Positions 61,813-64,000 of a DNA stretch of 64,000 nucleotides are shown here, one piece after another (the first letter of the stretch is position 1; each line of letters starts with the position of its first letter). The notes below the pieces were generated by a model. It did no database searches. It saw only the letters and a program-made list of their open reading frames with translations, and was not told where the DNA came from. Source of the DNA: Syntrophomonadaceae bacterium (GTDB taxonomy: Bacteria; Bacillota; Dethiobacteria; DTU022); the NCBI GenBank assembly GCA_007119615.1, contig SKPH01000028.1, forward strand, positions 4,134 through 68,133, read 5' to 3'. The position numbers were made by a program, and so were the translations under genes.

Positions 61813-62337
61813 ATGAACTTATCCGTTCGAAAAATCGTAATTTCAGGCATTCTAGGAGCAATATCAATTTTACTGGGTGTAACCCGCCTGGGATTTATTC
61901 CGGTGCCCACTCCGGCCGGCCATGCAACAATCATGCATATCCCGGCTATTCTCGGGGGAGTACTGGAAGGCCCGGTGGTTGGGCTGATTACCGGGGCGAT
62001 TTTCGGATTGTTCAGCTTTCTGCAGCCGGGCGCTCCTTTTTTTGCCGATCCGCTTGTTTCGGTTGTACCCCGCCTTTTTATTGGCGTAGTTGCATTTCTT
62101 ATTTATTATTCCACAAAAAAAATCAACAATATTTTAGCCTGCATCCTGGCAGGCGCTTTCGGTTCCGCGACCAATACTGTTTTAGTCCTGGGCATGGCAA
62201 CCTGGAGAGGATACCTGCCACCTGAGGTCTCGATATCGATCGGCGTCCTGCACGGAGTACCGGAGCTTATAGTTGCTGCCGTGTTAACAGTAATTCTGGT
62301 TAAAGGTATTCAGCGCATCAGGTCGATAGAGGAGTAA
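61813..62337 (+). CDS. ECF transporter S (substrate-capture) component
   Basis: AGGGGGA RBS then ATG (MNLSVRKIV). 5-6 TM helices. Directly upstream of ecfA1/ecfA2. Confidence 0.65.
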   Translation: MNLSVRKIVISGILGAISILLGVTRLGFIPVPTPAGHATIMHIPAILGGVLEGPVVGLITGAIFGLFSFLQPGAPFFADPLVSVVPRLFIGVVAFLIYYSTKKINNILACILAGAFGSATNTVLVLGMATWRGYLPPEVSISIGVLHGVPELIVAAVLTVILVKGIQRIRSIEE

Positions 62338-62375
62338 GCTAACGTTATACTTTGTTTAACATGTATTAAGGGGCT

Positions 62376-63224
62376 GTGTTGATTTTGAATCCATTTATCG
62401 AAACAACTGACCTTTCATTCTCCTACCGTACCGGCAGCAGCAATGCTGTCAGAGCTTTAAAAAAGGTCAATATGCAGGTTAAGCTCGGCGAACTACTGGC
62501 CATCACCGGTCAAAATGGTTCGGGAAAATCTACCCTGGCCCGTCATTTTAACGGGTTGTTAACAGCCAGAGAGGGTAAAGTCTTAGTAGATGGACTTTCC
62601 GCCGCCGATAAAGAAAATACGGCAGCTATACGCAGGCTGGTGGGAATGGTTTTTCAGAACCCGGACAACCAGCTGGTGAGCAGTATCGTCGAAGAAGATA
62701 TCGCCTTCGGCCCTGAAAACCTGGGCCTGCCTCCTGCTGAAATAAGAGAAAGGGTCGATTGGGCTCTTGATACCCTTAATATCAGTAACCTGCGCCGCGA
62801 ATCACCCAACCAGCTATCAGAAGGTCAAAAACAACTTGTCGCCATTGCCGGAGTTTTAGCCATGAAGCCGCGCTGTATCGTTCTCGATGAACCGACAGCA
62901 CATCTTGATCCCCGAGGCAGACGGGAAGTTATTGAGAATGTACTCTGCCTGAACCGTATAGAGGGAATCACAATAGTACTTCTGACTCACTTTATGAGCG
63001 AAGTCGTAAACTGCGACCGGATGATTGTTATGGATAAGGGCGAAGTTAAGATGGAAGGCGCTCCCTGCGATGTTTTCCGTCAGGGTGAAAAAATACTCAA
63101 CCTGGGGCTTGATTTTCCGGTCGCCGCAAGATTGTCGGCAGGTCTGCGCCGGAAAGGCTTCCCATTACCTGATCATATTATTCACATTGAGGAGCTCATT
63201 GACAGCCTATGCCAATTGAAGTAA
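62376..63224 (+). CDS. ecfA1: energy-coupling factor transporter ATPase
   Basis: Walker A GQNGSGKST, signature LSEGQKQ, Walker B IVLDEPT. The start (GTG 62376 or TTG 62385) is uncertain. Confidence 0.85.
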   Translation: MLILNPFIETTDLSFSYRTGSSNAVRALKKVNMQVKLGELLAITGQNGSGKSTLARHFNGLLTAREGKVLVDGLSAADKENTAAIRRLVGMVFQNPDNQLVSSIVEEDIAFGPENLGLPPAEIRERVDWALDTLNISNLRRESPNQLSEGQKQLVAIAGVLAMKPRCIVLDEPTAHLDPRGRREVIENVLCLNRIEGITIVLLTHFMSEVVNCDRMIVMDKGEVKMEGAPCDVFRQGEKILNLGLDFPVAARLSAGLRRKGFPLPDHIIHIEELIDSLCQLK

Positions 63225-64000
63225 ACGGACTCTTCCACAGCTATAAAAAAGGCACCCCATTTGAGAAAGAAGTGCTCTTTGATATTAACCTTACCATTGA
63301 CGATGGTGAATTCATCGGCATCATCGGGCCCACCCAATCCGGCAAAACTACTCTGGCCCAACATTTTAATGCTCTTTTTATTCCGCGGCAGGGCAGGGTA
63401 ATAGTTAATGGCGCTAATACCGCCGACAAAACGGCGGACCTGGTCACCCTGAGACACAATGTAGGTTACGTATTCCAAAATCCCGATTACCAACTCTTCG
63501 CGCCAACTGTCGGGGAAGATATCGCTTTCGGCCCCAGAAACCAGGGGCTTGCAGGTGAAGAAATCGAGCATAGGGTTCGGGAAGCTATGGAACAGGTCGG
63601 ACTCGATTACGGAACTTTTTTGGGACGTGATATTTACGCCTTAAGCGGAGGCCAGAAAAGACGGGCAGCCATTGCCGGAGTCTTAGCCTGTCACCCGCGG
63701 ATACTGATTCTCGATGATATTACAGCCGGCCTGGATCCAAGAGGTCGGGATGAAATACTCGGGGTGATCCGTAAACTGCACCGTGAACAGAATATCACAA
63801 TCATATATATATCGAACAGTATGGACGAAGTAGCGGAACTTGCTGAAAGGATCGTTGTCCTCGACCGGGGCCGAATTGCCTTTGACGGAACTACAAGAGA
63901 AATCTTCTCGCACGCAGAGCAGCTTTATGCAATCGGACTTGAACTTCCTGAAGTAATGGTTATAGCCGACAGGTTTCGGGAGCTCGGTTATTCCCTGCCT
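63209..64000 (+). CDS. ecfA2: energy-coupling factor transporter ATPase, 3' partial (runs off window)
   Basis: MPIEVNGLFHSYKKG...GPTQSGKTTLAQ (Walker A), LSGGQKRRAAIAG, ILDDITAGLDP. Overlaps ecfA1 by 16 nt. Not in the ORF track because there is no stop in the window. Confidence 0.85.
   Translation, partial: MPIEVNGLFHSYKKGTPFEKEVLFDINLTIDDGEFIGIIGPTQSGKTTLAQHFNALFIPRQGRVIVNGANTADKTADLVTLRHNVGYVFQNPDYQLFAPTVGEDIAFGPRNQGLAGEEIEHRVREAMEQVGLDYGTFLGRDIYALSGGQKRRAAIAGVLACHPRILILDDITAGLDPRGRDEILGVIRKLHREQNITIIYISNSMDEVAELAERIVVLDRGRIAFDGTTREIFSHAEQLYAIGLELPEVMVIADRFRELGYSLP

Noticed and set aside
1-64000. CRISPR arrays, IS or transposase genes, integrases, prophage genes, toxin-antitoxin pairs.
   Set aside because: No regularly spaced direct repeats were found. 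No transposase, integrase or phage-like ORF was found among translated products. The only repeat structures are terminator-type palindromes.

Overview
This is a 64 kb chromosomal window with a core-genome character, from an anaerobic, selenocysteine-using Firmicute, most likely a Clostridia, Peptococcaceae or syntrophic-type organism. GC content is about 50 percent, coding density about 90 percent, and most genes lie on the minus strand. I found no tRNA, rRNA, CRISPR array, transposase or integrase.

Gene content, in order along the window:
- SLC13 permease (5' partial), membrane protein, purC.
- A secreted CotH kinase with three lamin-tail domains, followed by a DUF4956 membrane protein and a VTC/CYTH polyphosphate-polymerase-like protein.
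- BFN nuclease, then a low-GC islet carrying dodecin and an XRE-like regulator, then an Rrf2 regulator.
- tyrA and aroF.
- Dihydropyrimidinase plus a beta-ureidopropionase-type C-N hydrolase.
- asd and rseC.
- A long redox operon, in transcription order: HdrD-like CCG protein, etfB, etfA, hdrA, mvhD(flxD), flxC-like, flxB-like, flxA-like.
- selD, selB, selA.
- Flavin reductase, MBL hydrolase, and a YhaN/YhaO-type SbcC/SbcD pair with a membrane-anchored ATPase.
- purA, gatB, gatA, gatC.
- Geranylgeranyl-reductase family protein, alr, hom, acyl-CoA dehydrogenase, nnr, rpsT, a C_GCAxxG_C_C protein, holA, trkH, trkA.
- FAH hydrolase, rubrerythrin, ilvC, ECF sigma/anti-sigma pair, comEC.
- SSS symporter plus DUF3311 small subunit, a lipoprotein, and an ECF S component with ecfA1 and ecfA2 (3' partial).

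Three points stand out:
- selD is a selenoprotein. The ORF track truncated it at an in-frame TGA, which is followed by SECIS-like hairpins.
- The etfBA, hdrA, mvhD and flxCBA genes form one contiguous operon behind a soluble HdrD-like gene. This may be a composite flavin-based electron-bifurcation module.
- The CotH/DUF4956/VTC triad is a conserved but uncharacterised grouping.

Many ORF-track N-termini are over-extended. I re-called starts at RBS-supported ATG, GTG or TTG codons where I could support them.
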